In this document: positions 142,383 to 155,944 of the stretch, one piece after another | How positions within the stretch are numbered: the first letter of the stretch is position 1 | Layout of the letters: each line of letters opens with the position of its first letter | Source: Rhodosorus marinus CCMP1338 | Taxonomy: Eukaryota > Plantae > Rhodophyta | Direction of reading: 5' to 3' | DNA length: 248,000 bases | Assembly: GCA_029953675.1 (NCBI GenBank) | Contig: JAMWBK010000001.1 | Location: 1,260,001-1,508,000, forward strand | Translations under genes and position numbers: made by a program | Notes under the pieces: model-generated | Told to the model about the DNA's origin: nothing | The model's database searches: none | The model's input: the letters and a program-made list of their open reading frames with translations, nothing else

Positions 142383-143659
142383 ATCGCTTGAGTTGGGCCA
142401 AACTGTAAGCCTCTAATAACGTAAACCAAGGTTCAATACAATCTATCCCCTCTTTGAAAACGAAAAGCTTGGTGTTAAAGCTGATGATGTTTGGCCCCTA
142501 TTAGCATAGTCGTAACCGACCGATAAAAGTTCTCTATTGGAGAATAATAAGACTCAATAAAATGTTGAAACCCAGGGTGTGCCAGATTGAAAAAGTTTTA
142601 GACAATATGTCTCACTGAGGGTCCGATAATCGGTCCGCTGGTCCGATGAATGATCCGACTCGCGGATCTACAGTGGCCTTTACTGATTGTGAAATTTTCC
142701 CCCTGAGTTTGTAGATCTCTCCGTGAGGATGCCTCTGAGGGCCACCGCTCGCCATCCTCGGCTTCAGGTAGTCCACCCGATGGGTGCTCAGTAAGGATTG
142801 GGATCTCCTCTCCCAAAATGTCCACAACTGCCTCCTCAGAGTGGTCACCGTGATCACCGCCAGTCTCCGAGGGCTGAGGCTCAGCGAGAGCCCGGGGGCC
142901 ACTAGGAACTCGCACGCTGTCCGGCGAAACCATCTCTTAGCTGCACAGACCGAGGGGTTATCGAAACATATTATGATGACATGAGATTTTGCTGGAAGCT
143001 ACGTAAGAAGAAGCGTCGTACGGTGCTGATGTCATTGTTGGTCTTACGCGTGAAGCCGGAGTACGGTGATGCTTACCGATACATCCGTAGCGGATGCGCC
143101 GTCTGAACCGAAGTTCATTTTGGAAACGGCGGAGGGCATTGGGCTAGTTGATGTTGAGAAAATGATTTGCTAGCATGTCAGGGGAGGAGGGGTGCCAACT
143201 CTGTGGAACAGGAGGGCGTTGAAGAAGACCAAGAAGAACGTACTAAGAAGTAACCCCAGGCAAGACAGAGGTCAAATATGACCGGAAGAGCAAGTGCCCA
143301 ATATAGACTCGTAGATTCATAAACGTAGGAAGGGTTGTCGAAAATTTGCCATCCGAAGTGATGAGCTGGTCTGGCGAAAGGGCCAAAAGGATCGGGTATC
143401 GCATTGTTGATGAGGTCGTGGGCGGTAAATGAGTAATTCCACCAGCTGGTTCCCTCGGAAAGTTGTAATAGTCTCCGAGACTGGCGGTGATCACGGGGTT
143501 ACCACCCATATTCCCCACCTCGGGATGGCCGATTCATTTCCTGCTCACACCCGAGAAATGCCATCCGGGGGAGGGGGGGAGGGGAGGACGGGGTTGTGGA
143601 AAGTTTCATATTCCCAGCGAGCATTGAAAAAATGAGAAACATTGCCCATTCCTATTGCC

Positions 143660-146395
143660 CGGCCTTGCACCGTGCTGCCTACGGCCGACCTCTCGCGCAG
143701 ATGGTCTCATCTTCCCGAGATCGCGGCCGCCTGCGTAAACTTGGAGGGTGTATCAGCTCACAGTGGCCCATGAGCATCTCCTGTATTCCGCCATTCACAC
143801 TGAAACTTTTCGAAGTGCGCACTTCTCTACGTTTATACCTCGGTTTGCTTCAGCCGCCCTGGCCTTCCGAGATGGGTTCGCCGTGCCCTCTATGCTCTCA
143901 GAACGAAGGTAGCGCGGATTTTGGCGCCCACCTGCTCGCCAGCTGCTCCGCTGTGAAAGGCGCCCGAACTCGACGGTAGACGTGGATCTTGAACCTGTTA
144001 TACCGCGAACTTCGACCTATAGTACAGCAAGCCGGTCTTGAAATTGACCATGAGAAGCCCCTGCCTGTCGCAGACTACCAAAATGATGAACGCCGCGTCA
144101 CTGAGCTCGTGGTCACATGTAGCGATAGCCGTCGTACGACGTACGTTGATCTTGCCGTTCCCAATCCTCATGCTGGTCGCTATTTGCCGTCTTCGGGAGA
144201 GCGCCGTGGGTTTTCGCTGACAATATGAGACGTCGCAAGACGATGAAATATACTCGGGGGCCTTGTCTTCCCCAGGCATTGGTGCTTCGGCTCTAGCTCA
144301 TCGCCTGGTACTTCTGGTCATTGGTTGCTTTGGTTTTATTGATTCCGTTGGTTCTCGTTGGCTTCGGGCATTGTTCCGCGAACGTCCTGACCGTCTATCC
144401 TCGTTGCTTACCCGCTTAAGTTTCTTGGTGTGGCATACGAACGCTGCTTTGATGTTGGGGGCGCGCGATCTTCGCCACGCTTAGTCTTTTTTTCCCCTCG
144501 GGGGTTTTTTCTTTCAGCCTCTGATTAAACCAATTCGTTCATTGCCCGGCCGGCCTGGGGGTGGCCAGTTCATTCGCCGAACAACTAACTCGACAAAGAC
144601 TGAACGAAAATTTTAATCGGAAACAAACCTATGTATATTGATTGATGGTAGACGATTGCCGAGATATTGACTGTTTTGATACATACCCCATACACCTTGA
144701 AGATTTGTCAGATTTTAACTTTAACTACCATTTATTACCTGTCCAAACTCGGTCAGATTCGCTTTGCAAGAATGAACGGAGGCCGAAAGAAAAAACTCCG
144801 AGGGAAAAACAGACTAAGCGCGGCGAAGATCGCGCGCCTCCGACATCAAAGCAGCGTACATACGCCACAGCAAGAGGCTTAAACGGGTAAACAACGAGGA
144901 TAGACGGTCAGGACGTTCGCGGAACAATTCCCGAAGCCAACGAAAACCAACGGAATCCATAAACCCAAAGCACTCAATGACCAGAGGTACCAGGCGATGA
145001 GCTAGAGCCGAAGCACCAATGCCTGGGGAAGACAAGGCCCCCGTATATTTCAACTCTTTGCGACTTCTCATATTGTCAGCGGAAAATCCACGGCGCTCTC
145101 CCGCAGACGGCATATAGCGACCAGCCTGAGGAGTAGGAACAGAAAAGATCAACGTACGTCGTACGGCGGCTATCGTCACATGTGACCACGAGGTCAGTGA
145201 CGCGGCGTTCATCATTCTGGTAGTCACACACAGGGTTGGCTCCAAGACCCAACCACGGCCGCTGGTTGGGTAACAGCTTGGCTACAGATGCCTAGGCCGC
145301 CTAGACGTAGGGGTAGGACCACTTGGGCGCGAACGATATCACCTGTGGGGCGTGGAAAATGACCGAACTCATCATCTAAGAAACACCCCAGCTCACCAAA
145401 GCTCTCGTCGTCGGCACGGGTTGCCAGCCACCGGACCCAGTGAGTCGGGAGCGAGCGGAACCCATAGGTGAGCCGCTCACTGTAACAATATCGATAAAGC
145501 TGGCTTTATCGATATCGATAAAGCAACAACGAGCATTGCAAGAAGCCGCGGGGCAGCCGATGGAGCTGCGAGACCAGCTGCTGGTGCTTACTCGGAATCT
145601 GCTACAACTCACCCTCCACGGACGACGCGGACCCATGGGGATGCCCAGGTTGGCAAAACCTGCCCGACGACAAATATCCTAGAAACGTGCAGGGACCTGC
145701 TGCTCTTGAATATCCGCTCCTCCCCAGTAGAGAACGACTTCGCATGATTGACTTCGAGATCTACGAGGGATGCCAGTGTGCGGAGACGATCTTACGCCGC
145801 CACGAGGGTATCTGGAGGCCCAATGAGGCAGACATCATTGTGGTAACCCACTGCGCGGACCTCCGGTAACTCTGAACGTATTTAAGCAAAAACATTTGCA
145901 AGTAGTACAGAATTTTAACTACTATTTATTATCTGTATCGAACGAATGGTTTAATCGGAGGCTGAAAAAAAAAACCCCGAGGGGAAAAAAAGACTAAGCG
146001 CGGCGAAGTACTCGCGCCTCCAACATCAAAGCGGCATTCATGCGCCACAGCAGGAAACTTAAGCGGGTAAACAACGATTGAAGACGGTCAGGGCGTTCGC
146101 GGAACAACTCCCGAAGCCAGCGAGAACCAACAGAGTCCATGAACCCAAAGCACTCAATGATCAGGGGTACCAAGCGATGTGCTAGTGCCGAAGCACGAAC
146201 ACCAGGGGAAGACAAAGCCCCCGCGTATGTGATCTCTTTGCGGCGTCTCATGCTGGCGGCGGCAGATCCACGGCGCTCCCCCGCAGCCGGGAGATAACGA
146301 CTAGCTTGAGGGTTAGGAACAGCAAGATCAACGTATGTGGTACGGCGGCTGTCGTCACAGGTGATCACCAGGTCGGCTACACGGCGTTCATCATC
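143660..146395. mobile_element. Two degenerate B copies (head to head at their 3' ends) and a young B 3' fragment (145940-146395, minus)
   Basis: ORFs 143596, 143989, 144814 and 145994. Confidence 0.8.
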
Positions 146396-148151
146396 TGTAT
146401 CAACGCCGTTTTTGATATAAAATAATCATTGTTTTCTGTATCGGTGCTTAAATTCGCTACCTCGATTCCAGCCTCAGATGCTGGGTGTTTTGTTTTCCAA
146501 CTAATTACTTAGCAATTGGTGATTTGCGGTGTTCGCTGGTAATTTCATATCTCTCTGTGCGGCAAGCTCGCAAATACGCATCTGTTCAGGGTTGTGTCTT
146601 GCACCAAGAAATATACGTTTATTTCTATATTTTAGATCTGTCGCCAGAGTGTTATCCAATATTCATTGGCTCTGCAATCCTCATTGGCTCAATGTACAGG
146701 GTGGAACGTGAGTGCCTAGTTCAAGTGTAGTGCTTGAGGCATTGTTTTGTAAACCCAGGAATGAATGCGCATTACTTACTCGCAGTGTAAAGCAAACTAG
146801 AGACAAACCTTTCTTGACCAATTCTCTACACGCTGCAGGGAATTGTAAGTATATGTCTCGAAACCCGAGTCAAACAATGTGTGAGTAACAAGCACAAACA
146901 GCTGGTAGCGCAGCCAGATCGTTGGTATAGCATTGAGAAATCTGTGCCGGTTGAGAAATCTGTTCCGGTCCCAACAAGGACATGCAAGACATGCAAATTA
147001 AACTTTGCAAAAGAGACCGCGTATTTGTTTACTGGGATGGTACCACCCTCGCGGTGGGTGTCCTACGAAAGGGAAGGGAGTCGCAAGTGTGTGACATAAT
147101 AGGGTACACTAATCCGGTTAGGTGTTTTGGGCGCTACGTATATTGAGAGATCTTTTCGTTCCATAATCACATGGAAAGGAGAGCAGTCGACGCGGTGATA
147201 TCCATTCTCCAAAGTAAAATTGTAGGTGTATGTCTCGGAAATGGACGGAGTTTTTCAAAATTCTGGCATCGTCATATCCAGCTCAAAACTCGGGTCATAC
147301 AATTGACTGAATGAATTTGAGCACACGCAAAACTATAATAGCATTAGTAAAATCACCAAAATAATAGGCTAAGGAGACCGCATATTTGCTTACCCGAAAA
147401 CTAACAACCCGCGGGGGTGTCGTGTCCTGCGGGAGGGAAAGGAGTCACAAGTGTGTGACACATACCCCAATACCGAAAAAAAGCATTTTGTGTGTCGGGT
147501 GCTAAGCATATTGAGAACTCTGTTTTGGCTCGAGCAAGGATACGCAGAAAAACCAAGCTAAGCATATCGCCTATTGGGTGCATCCTGAACCCATTAGGGA
147601 ATTCTTAACGCATAGATAGACTCTTTGTTGCCAAACCCAGTTGGGCTAAGGAGGTATCCGGTCTCCCCGTGAGAGATTCTCATCGAATGTCCGGGGTTTC
147701 CTCTACTGTGTCCATAGCTCGGGGTGCTGAAATTTCAAAGCGAGGTGTTTTGAACTTTTCTTCTTTTTTTTTTTCGTGACCTCATGGATGTGAAGGGTGA
147801 AGTAGTTGGTCGATACACTGGTATTGGTTCATTCTCTAAATGGTTTCCAAGCGTTCGCCTGTTCCGCTCCGCATACTTTGTTTCCAAAGAGGTCAAGAGC
147901 ATGCACAGAATTTCGCTAGAGGAGTGTTGGTCTGGAATTGGAAAACCACCGCCACCAGTGTTGTATCAGTCAGACTGGATGACTACTTGATAGATTGGCC
148001 AGGTGAGTACTTAAGACCACCACTTGGGCACGCGATGACTGCGAAAACGTTTCTGAGGGATTGGGTGAGTGGGTTTGAGTCTCGTAATCGAAGATCTGAA
148101 ACAGGACGTTCTCCATGCTTGATCAGCCGCGTAGAGGGAGGACAAGGAGGG

Positions 148152-151100
148152 ATGGGGAAGATTGTCCGGTTTTGGGCTGCCTTGGCCATTCTGGCTGGAC
148201 TCACTCGCGGTTTAGTTTTTGATGCTGAGGACTTGGTTTCTACGGTTGCGGTGGAAGGAGATTTCCAGTCTATCCTGGACTTGGACTGGATACCCGGGGA
148301 TGTGTCGCGGCTCGTATTGTGCGAGAAGCGTGGATTGGTGTGGTTGGTCATCGACGGGGCGCTTCAATCCAAGCCGCTCCTAGATATCTCAGATGAAATC
148401 GTAAACTTTGGGGCGAGGGGTTTAACGGCGTGCATGGTGGACGTCGACTTTGAAAACCACCCATACTTTTACGTGTCCTACGTCGACAACAGGCTAGCAA
148501 AGACAGATTTTCGCACCGGAACTAAAGGCGCCATTATAGCCAAGTACGAGGTGAATAGTGACTTGTCTGAGGCAGTCAACCCGGTTATTCTTATGGGCTC
148601 ACAAGCTCCTCCAGCGTCTGGCTGCAGTGATCCACATATTGCCAAGCGGGACAATATCTGCCTGGAAGATAGGAGCCACAACATGGGGGGTCTTGTGATG
148701 AGCCCCGACGGCAGGATTTTTGTTGGAATTGGTGATGCAGCCAGCGTCTCACAGTTTACAGAACTGCAGATCCGAGCTCAGAACCTAGATTATAAGACTG
148801 GTAAGGTCCACTGCATCACCAGAACGGGCGTGGCGTGTGCGGACAATCCCTTCATTAGGAACGGTAACCGGACTACGAACAGAGCCACTGTGTGGAATTT
148901 CGGAGTTCGCAACCCTTTCAGAATGGGTTGGGACCCAGTGCTCCAAATACCACTAATCGCGAATGTGGGCATGGCAGCCTGGGAGAGCATCTGGCCGGGT
149001 TATCCGGGTTTCAATTATGCATGGCCCTGTAGAGAAGCTCAGCGCACCAATCTAAAAGCAACTTCGTACGAGATTTGCGAGCAGATGAAGCGGGGCGATA
149101 TTGAAGTAGATTCAGATCGCAGCCTCTGGGACTACAGTCACGAATTGGGAGCGGCGGCTACTGGTGTGGTTCGCTTACACTCAGATAAATGGCCCGCCCA
149201 GCTGAGGAACAAGATTGCAGTAGCTGACTATACAAACAGTTGGGTCAAATTAATCGAGGTCGATAAGAATGGCCTCATCGGATCCCACGTAGACTTTATA
149301 TCCGAGGCTGGTGGCCCTGTTCAGCTGAAAGAGGGCCCAGACGGTTGGCTTTACATGGTATCAATCCTTACGCAACAGGTGATCCGGATAGAGTATAGGG
149401 TGAATACAAGCAGACCAGAGGTTGTAAGGGTAGATCCACCCCCGAGTTTTAGGAAGTCAGAGCTCACGTCGGAGATTTCGGTGAAATTTTCGAAGAATAT
149501 TGACTTCTCCACCGTAAGAAAAGAGTCAATGAGGATAGTCAAGACTTCGACGTTGACGAGGGTCCCTGTGGAATATTCTTGGAGACGCGCTACAAACACG
149601 GTGACTGCACGTCCCCTGGAAATTCTAGAGAGTAATATGCGGTACAAGCTTACTGTGACAACGGAGATCACCGACACTGCTGGTCGAAAGCTGCAGAGCG
149701 ATTTTACATCCTTTTTCCGAACTGGCACTGGCTTTGCCCTGCAAGTTTCAGGACTAGAATGGATATCGTCTACCAATGGAAACTCCGAGTATAGAGTTTT
149801 CAGAGACAAACAATTCCCTACTTTTGCTATTGATGTGCCACCGCTTAGGATTCGAGGTACAATATTCGAAGACGGAATTGCCATGATCGCATCCGGCAGC
149901 GTAGAGGTTGAGGTACCGAGGGGTTGCACTAGACTGCAAACATATGCTGGCGTCGACGATGTTGTTCAGCTGTTCGACTCCCCAGGTATCTTCTTCTTCG
150001 TTAGGAAGAGAACCAGCAACGGTGTCAGGACTCTGCACCGAAATGACCTTCCGGTGCTTAGGACGGATCGACCACTCTTCATTGATGTGGATGTCACCGG
150101 TGCTAATAGCGTGATTCTGGAGACGGTAAAGCCCAACGCCACTACCAGAAACAACGCGATTGCGACCTGGGGCTCACCAAAGTTCCGATGCGGAGGATAC
150201 GACGACGACAAAGCTAGCGTAGCGAGCATAATGCCAACCGGCGTCATCGGAATACGCGCTTCAGTCACCGTCAACTTTTCAGAGTCCATGGACATAGCGT
150301 CGACCACCGCTGCGACCCAGATGCTTCTCCCTATCGCTTTGGGAGGCTATATCATTGGCTTCAAAACGGAATTCAGTCGAGATCAGAAAACGATGATTCT
150401 GACTCCAAACCAGCCACTAGATTATGATACTGAGTATACGCTAACGGTCAAGGAGACGGCAATGGACCTCGCGGGCAACGGCCTAAAAAATACGGTCGTG
150501 CGAACTTTTAAGACCGAGGCTGTTGATCTCTCTGGTGACGTGTTTCAGCTTGTGGATGTGAAGACGCAAGCCATCAGAAATCCTCAGAACGTGGTGATCT
150601 GGCGGGAAGGTCATGAAATGAGGATAGAAGCTGGCACCGATGTTGACTACCTAGTCCCTGGAAAGTGTGGATTGTTGAACCTCTCTGTGACGTCCAAGTG
150701 GGGCCCTGTCTGGGTTTCCGTTCGAGATTCAGCTGGAGATCGTATTTGTGGAACCGGTCGCATCCCTGAGAACAAGAGCGTGGACCTCTCTTGCGATATC
150801 TCAGCGCAGGCTTGGATAAGGCTCGTGATTCGGGGGTCTGGTAGAGCGCACATCTACAGATCCACCATCGACTGCAGGTCGGGCTCGCTGAACCCGCGAT
150901 GTGAGTTTGGAGACGAAATTCCGAATGAGTTCAGGATCGGGGATGTCGTGAGATTCAGCGCCAAATGCTACGACTACAAGGGTGCTTTGATCAATAGGCG
151001 TGCGCTCTTTTGGATTGTTTCCCTTATTCACTGTCAGACTATATGCCACAGGCATGAGGAATTGACTGAAGAGGGAGTTTCTGGGGGGATTTATGAGGTG

Positions 151101-151439
151101 CCAGACCATGGAGACTTCTTCTTTCTGGAGATTCAGGTATTTGCGGAGAGTGATGGGAAGCGTGGCGCCTCCACTGTTCAAATACGCCCGTCTACTGCTT
151201 CAGTGACTGTCACCACGATGCCGCCTGGTTTAACAGTATCTTCCGATTCATTATCTGGACCATCTCCACTCCGTTCTATCACTGTGGTGGGCTCTAATTT
151301 CACAATCAACGCTGTGGAAAGAGGTCGCGGTAAACGATTCGCTTTTTGGGATGATGACAAGAAGCTCGGACCCGCTCGCTCCTTGCTCTTCAACACGAAA
151401 GGAAGTCGTACCTACAACGCAGTCTACCATGATGGGTGA
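148152..151439 (+). CDS. Divergent secreted GSDH-Ig-NPCBM protein, copy 6
   Basis: Likely start MGKIVRFWAALAILAG within ORF 147840..; HNMGG..SPDG, FGVRNPF, LIHCQTICHRH..VPDHGD; fewer NPCBM modules. Confidence 0.85.
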   Translation: MGKIVRFWAALAILAGLTRGLVFDAEDLVSTVAVEGDFQSILDLDWIPGDVSRLVLCEKRGLVWLVIDGALQSKPLLDISDEIVNFGARGLTACMVDVDFENHPYFYVSYVDNRLAKTDFRTGTKGAIIAKYEVNSDLSEAVNPVILMGSQAPPASGCSDPHIAKRDNICLEDRSHNMGGLVMSPDGRIFVGIGDAASVSQFTELQIRAQNLDYKTGKVHCITRTGVACADNPFIRNGNRTTNRATVWNFGVRNPFRMGWDPVLQIPLIANVGMAAWESIWPGYPGFNYAWPCREAQRTNLKATSYEICEQMKRGDIEVDSDRSLWDYSHELGAAATGVVRLHSDKWPAQLRNKIAVADYTNSWVKLIEVDKNGLIGSHVDFISEAGGPVQLKEGPDGWLYMVSILTQQVIRIEYRVNTSRPEVVRVDPPPSFRKSELTSEISVKFSKNIDFSTVRKESMRIVKTSTLTRVPVEYSWRRATNTVTARPLEILESNMRYKLTVTTEITDTAGRKLQSDFTSFFRTGTGFALQVSGLEWISSTNGNSEYRVFRDKQFPTFAIDVPPLRIRGTIFEDGIAMIASGSVEVEVPRGCTRLQTYAGVDDVVQLFDSPGIFFFVRKRTSNGVRTLHRNDLPVLRTDRPLFIDVDVTGANSVILETVKPNATTRNNAIATWGSPKFRCGGYDDDKASVASIMPTGVIGIRASVTVNFSESMDIASTTAATQMLLPIALGGYIIGFKTEFSRDQKTMILTPNQPLDYDTEYTLTVKETAMDLAGNGLKNTVVRTFKTEAVDLSGDVFQLVDVKTQAIRNPQNVVIWREGHEMRIEAGTDVDYLVPGKCGLLNLSVTSKWGPVWVSVRDSAGDRICGTGRIPENKSVDLSCDISAQAWIRLVIRGSGRAHIYRSTIDCRSGSLNPRCEFGDEIPNEFRIGDVVRFSAKCYDYKGALINRRALFWIVSLIHCQTICHRHEELTEEGVSGGIYEVPDHGDFFFLEIQVFAESDGKRGASTVQIRPSTASVTVTTMPPGLTVSSDSLSGPSPLRSITVVGSNFTINAVERGRGKRFAFWDDDKKLGPARSLLFNTKGSRTYNAVYHDG

Positions 151440-152229
151440 GGTTATTATTTCTCGGGTGACCTTGCGAGACCATGACTCGGACCATCGACATGCTTGATTT
151501 GAGAGACTGACTACAGCTCGGCAGACATCTTTGACATACCGCGGAGCGACGGAGCAGAGTAGTTGATCGCAGCAGATAGGGTTCTTCAGAAAGTGTTATA
151601 CGCTTCTTTGCGTGAAGCGCTCTAATTGAAGAACTTCAAGGTCGTGCGGAGCGATGCAATGAAAAACGGCACCGTAGAAGGAAATTCTGTCAGGATTTAG
151701 CTTCATCCCAAAATAGTCGTTTGGTGGTTTGGTTTAGCTGGTGGTTGCGAGCCTTGGCTAGCATGCTCTAATAAGATTGCTATAAAGCGACACTGATCTG
151801 GCGTAGGAGCACTAGATATTGGCAGGATGGTCCCACATGTCCTAGAAGTCCCGTCCCAGGTTGACGGACCAAAGTACTTTGGCCTTTTCTCTCGAGCGCA
151901 GCGAGAGGTTAAGAGAGCGTTTTCAGTTGTTTTGAGTCCCATGTATGTTTCGAGGTGTGGCAGTCACACGTTTTTGTGCCCGCTTTCCGTGTTCTCTCCC
152001 CTATTTGGGGCTGGTGCGACAGGGAGACGGTGCTCCCCGGAATATTCTAGAGCTCCGCTTCTTTTCAAATCCTTTCGGGTCTGATGAGTTCCCTCCTCTG
152101 TTGTGATGCAACTGACTGAGCCCCTCGATAGTGGACTGTGCAGACTCACAGGAATTGGGTGGCCCATCAAATAGTAAACACGACTAACAAAGGTCGTGTT
152201 ACTAAGGCCCAGTAAAACCACGCAGATCT

Positions 152230-155200
152230 CCTCGTATCCGATGCAGCCGCCACACGCTCAGCATACGTTGATCTCGCGATTATATGCCCTGTGGCAAGCG
152301 CCCATCTCACGGCTGCCGCCCGCCGCCAGGGAGCAGCTGCTTCGGCCCTTCGCCGCGTGAAGGCACGACGGTATGCTGAGAGTATGGCCAGTCTGCCTCG
152401 CGCTGAGGGTCGCTCCCACCGGTTCCAGCCTTTCATTGTGGAAAGCTTTGGTCACGTGGAGAAAGCGGGTTTGGAGTGGTTGCGGAAATGTTTCACTGAG
152501 CAACCTGTTGAATACTTGGAACTTTTGCGGCGTTTAAGTGTCTCTCTGTGGCGATATTCGAGCAGCATGCTTGCCGAGGCGCGCCATCGGCGCCCGGGTT
152601 TGCACGCTTCCCTACCTAGTTCAAATTCGGACGAGAATTTGAATTGCACCAGAGTGGCAGCGTTGGCTGAAGGCAGTCAACATCAGGTCAATCAACATGA
152701 ACCTGTCCCGGGACAGGCGAGGGCGGTTGCTTCTGCGCGGGACAGTACGACGTCGGGGAGCGGCAGGCCGGGCCAAAACGCGCCTCAGCGCTCGGGGACT
152801 CGAGGCAATGGTGGTGGTGACTGTGCGGCAACCGGTGTGGAGGAGACTGCAGCTGTGGACTTCCCTCTCTTGGACCAGCCCTCAGGTGGTCACCAGCCCC
152901 CGGCTACTTCGGGGGCACGTGGTGGCCGCAAGGGGGGTGCTTCGTACGCATCAGTCTTGCGGAAGGGCACCACTGCCACACGTACGGCGGCTATGCTCCG
153001 TTTCATACCATCTCGCGAGCCTCAGGATGGACCTGTGGAGACCACTCTCCAATTTCTGTGGGTGCGAAATGTCCGGCCCCAGACTACACGAGGACAGGTT
153101 CCGTCTATGCGAGACTTCCGGGACACTTTTGCGGAATCGTTAGGGTGCAGCCGGGGTGATTTCTTCTTCGCAAACTATGAGGGCCGCGATGTGCTGTTTT
153201 TGGTCTCCGCAACCGCCGCCAAGTACCTGGAGGCCTTGCTGGCGAAGCCTACCGAGCAGTGGCCTGAGACCGCCCGGTGGCTGCGCTGCAACCCGCAGGT
153301 GGTTTTGCACTTCGATTTTGACCGTTTCTCGGGCAATTTCCTGTCTCCGGGAGAAACGGCAGGGCTCTCTGAGCATGAGAGCAGCGTGAAGGCGGCAGCG
153401 ATCCATTGGCTACGGATTCAGCGCCTTGAGAGGATCTTGTTGGAGCGGTTCCGGTCGGGCCCTCGTCACCTGCGCATGGCGGTGTCCAGCTTCTTCGATC
153501 TGGAGAGGCGACTTGTGCTATCTTCGCGCTACAAGACAGAGCTGCAGCGGTTGAGGATTTTGGAGGGCTCTGCTTCCAGCACCACTTCCAGCGAGAGTGG
153601 TGAGGCAGGGGAGCAGACTGAGGGCATGGCGGTGGAGGACGCCCAGGTTACTTTGCTGAAGCCCGCGGGATCCGTTCCGCGAGCCTCGCGGAGTGGGCGG
153701 CTCACGACTTTGGTGCGGATAGGAGGTAAGAGCCCGAGGACCGACTCCCCCGGGTCTAAGGGGGAGAAGCACGATTAGCGCTCCAGGCACGGCTGCGAGG
153801 TCGCAGCCTATGGATCTACAGTCTTATGTCCTGAAGGAGGGTGGAGACTGGGGCATTTGGCGTACGCGCTTTCGGAGTTGGCCCCGGCGGTGGATTTCTT
153901 TGGAAGGAGGCTCGCTTCCCCTCCGTGTGGGCATTCCCCCTGTCGTCCTTCGTCGTGGAGACCTTCTAGTAGCTGGAACCATTCTCGATTTCATCTTCAC
154001 GAGCCTGGCTCGTAACATTCGGGACACAGTCATTTGGGTTTTTCTGGGGGTCATGCCGCGCCTGATTCTGGCCCCCATTCACACATCGGAGCGCAGATGG
154101 CGAGTACGAGACCGATTGGCCCTGTTCTTGAAGGGAGACCTCGAAGTACTACAGCGCAGCTATTTGGCGTCGTCAGCACCATCCGCCCGTCGGACTCGGC
154201 ATGGCACAGTGTCGCCCGTGCCGGCTCGAGTACAGAAATTGGTAGCAGTGGGCGATTTAAGTCGAGCGGCGCGGGTTTTGGAGGGCCAGGCGCCTGTCCT
154301 CCCCTACGATGATAGTCTCGCCCAGACGGTGTGGTCTTTGTTCCCTGAGTCCGACGTGGACTTGTCCCCTGAATTCCGAGGTATTCTTGGACCGTCCGGA
154401 GTTGGCCAGGTTTTGCATCGGTCTGACGCTCAGTGTGTCTGACCTGGAGGATTTGCTTCGTACCTCGCGTCGGGGACGCTGTCCCGGACCCTCTGGACTA
154501 AGAACAGAGCTATTGCAGGCCCTGAGCCAGCCTGGCCAGAGCGCGCTTTGTCAGGGATGTGAGAGCCGGATTGACGCTTGTGGCTACCACTTCCTGGGTT
154601 CCTGCGGACTTTTGAGAGGTCTCCGTACGAGGCGTCACACTCGCCTCAAGTACATCCTCAGCGAATTTTTGACTCGGATAGGGCATACGGTTGAGGTTGA
154701 GTCGGAACTGCGCCGATCAATCTCGGACTCTGCACCGCCCCGTTGTATAGCCGATCTCCTCGTCTCCGACGCTGCTGCCAGACGCTCAACATATGTGGAC
154801 CTTGCGATTACCTGCCCCGTGGCCAGCGCCCACCTCACCGCAGCCGCCCGCCGCCGGGGGGCCGCGGCTTCAGCCCTTCGAAGAGTTAAGGAACGACGGT
154901 ATGCTGAGAGCATGGCCAGTCTGCCTTGCGCTGAGGGTCGCTCTCACCGGTTCCAGCCATTCATTGTGGAAAGCTTTGGTCACGTGGATAAGTCGGGTTT
155001 AGAGTGGTTGCGGAAATGTTTTGCTGAGCATCCTACTGAATATTTGGCGCTCTTGAGGCGTTTAAGTGTCTCCCTTTGGCGATATTCCAGCGACATGCTT
155101 TCCGAGGCGCGCCATCGGCGCCTGGGGTTGCATGCTTCCCTCCCTAGTTATTAGTTCATCTTCACGCCTTGCGTAGCGCTTCAGGCTATGCTAGTAAAGT
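152230..155200 (+). mobile_element. Family A element with internal RT deletion, fused behind an A-like 3' fragment
   Basis: ORF 152291..153778 = RLE end + ORF1; junction gcgcgctt|tgtcaggg at ~154550 removes most of RT. Confidence 0.88.
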
Positions 155201-155944
155201 TCCTTTTAACGGTTTGCGTGGCGCTGTAGGCTATGCTAATAAAGCCAAGCCATTGAAGAAGACGAAAGCTGTTTAATCGGACTTATTCGTGCTTCCGCTC
155301 TAGCTCATCGCCTGGTACCTCTGGTCATTGAGTGCTTTGGGTTTATGGATTCCGTTAGTTCTCACTGGCTTCGGGAAGTGTTCCGCGAACGCCCTGATCG
155401 TCTATCCTCGTTGTTTACCAGTCTAAGTTTCTCGCTGTGGCGTCTGAACGCTGCTTTGATGTTGGAGGGGCGCGATCTTCGCCGCAGCTTATGTTGTTGT
155501 TTTTTTTCCCTCGGGTTTCATTCAGTCTCCTATTAAACAAATTCAGTAATTCCTCGGCCACCCACATAAACTTCCCCGTTTTCGCGGGTTTACTCACTTC
155601 TGGGTCGTCAACCGCAAAAAACCCCGGCCCACTTGGCACAACCTACAGTTGGCCGGGGTCACGACCGGTTGTAGCTCGAGTGAGAACTAGGGGGTGTGGA
155701 CATCTACCTCATCTTCGTGGGGCCATCTTGTACTTCGTAGACGATCTGTCCCAGCAAGGTTGCAGTCGCTTGGCGCTCTTCCGCGGAGGCGGAGGGGTGT
155801 TGAGAGTTAGAATGGGATGCACTGCCACAGGCGGGAAACCGAGCATGGATCAGTTCCTGTTGTAATCGGTGCGGGGATGGCAGATCTGAGGAGGCAGGTG
155901 GAATCACTCGCGGTAGCTTGAGGAGTGAGACCCATCTTTTGGCC

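Noticed and set aside
147840-148151. 104-codon N-terminal extension of GSDH copy 6
   Set aside because: Starts at a non-ATG codon and lacks homology to paralogs; the signal peptide begins at 148152
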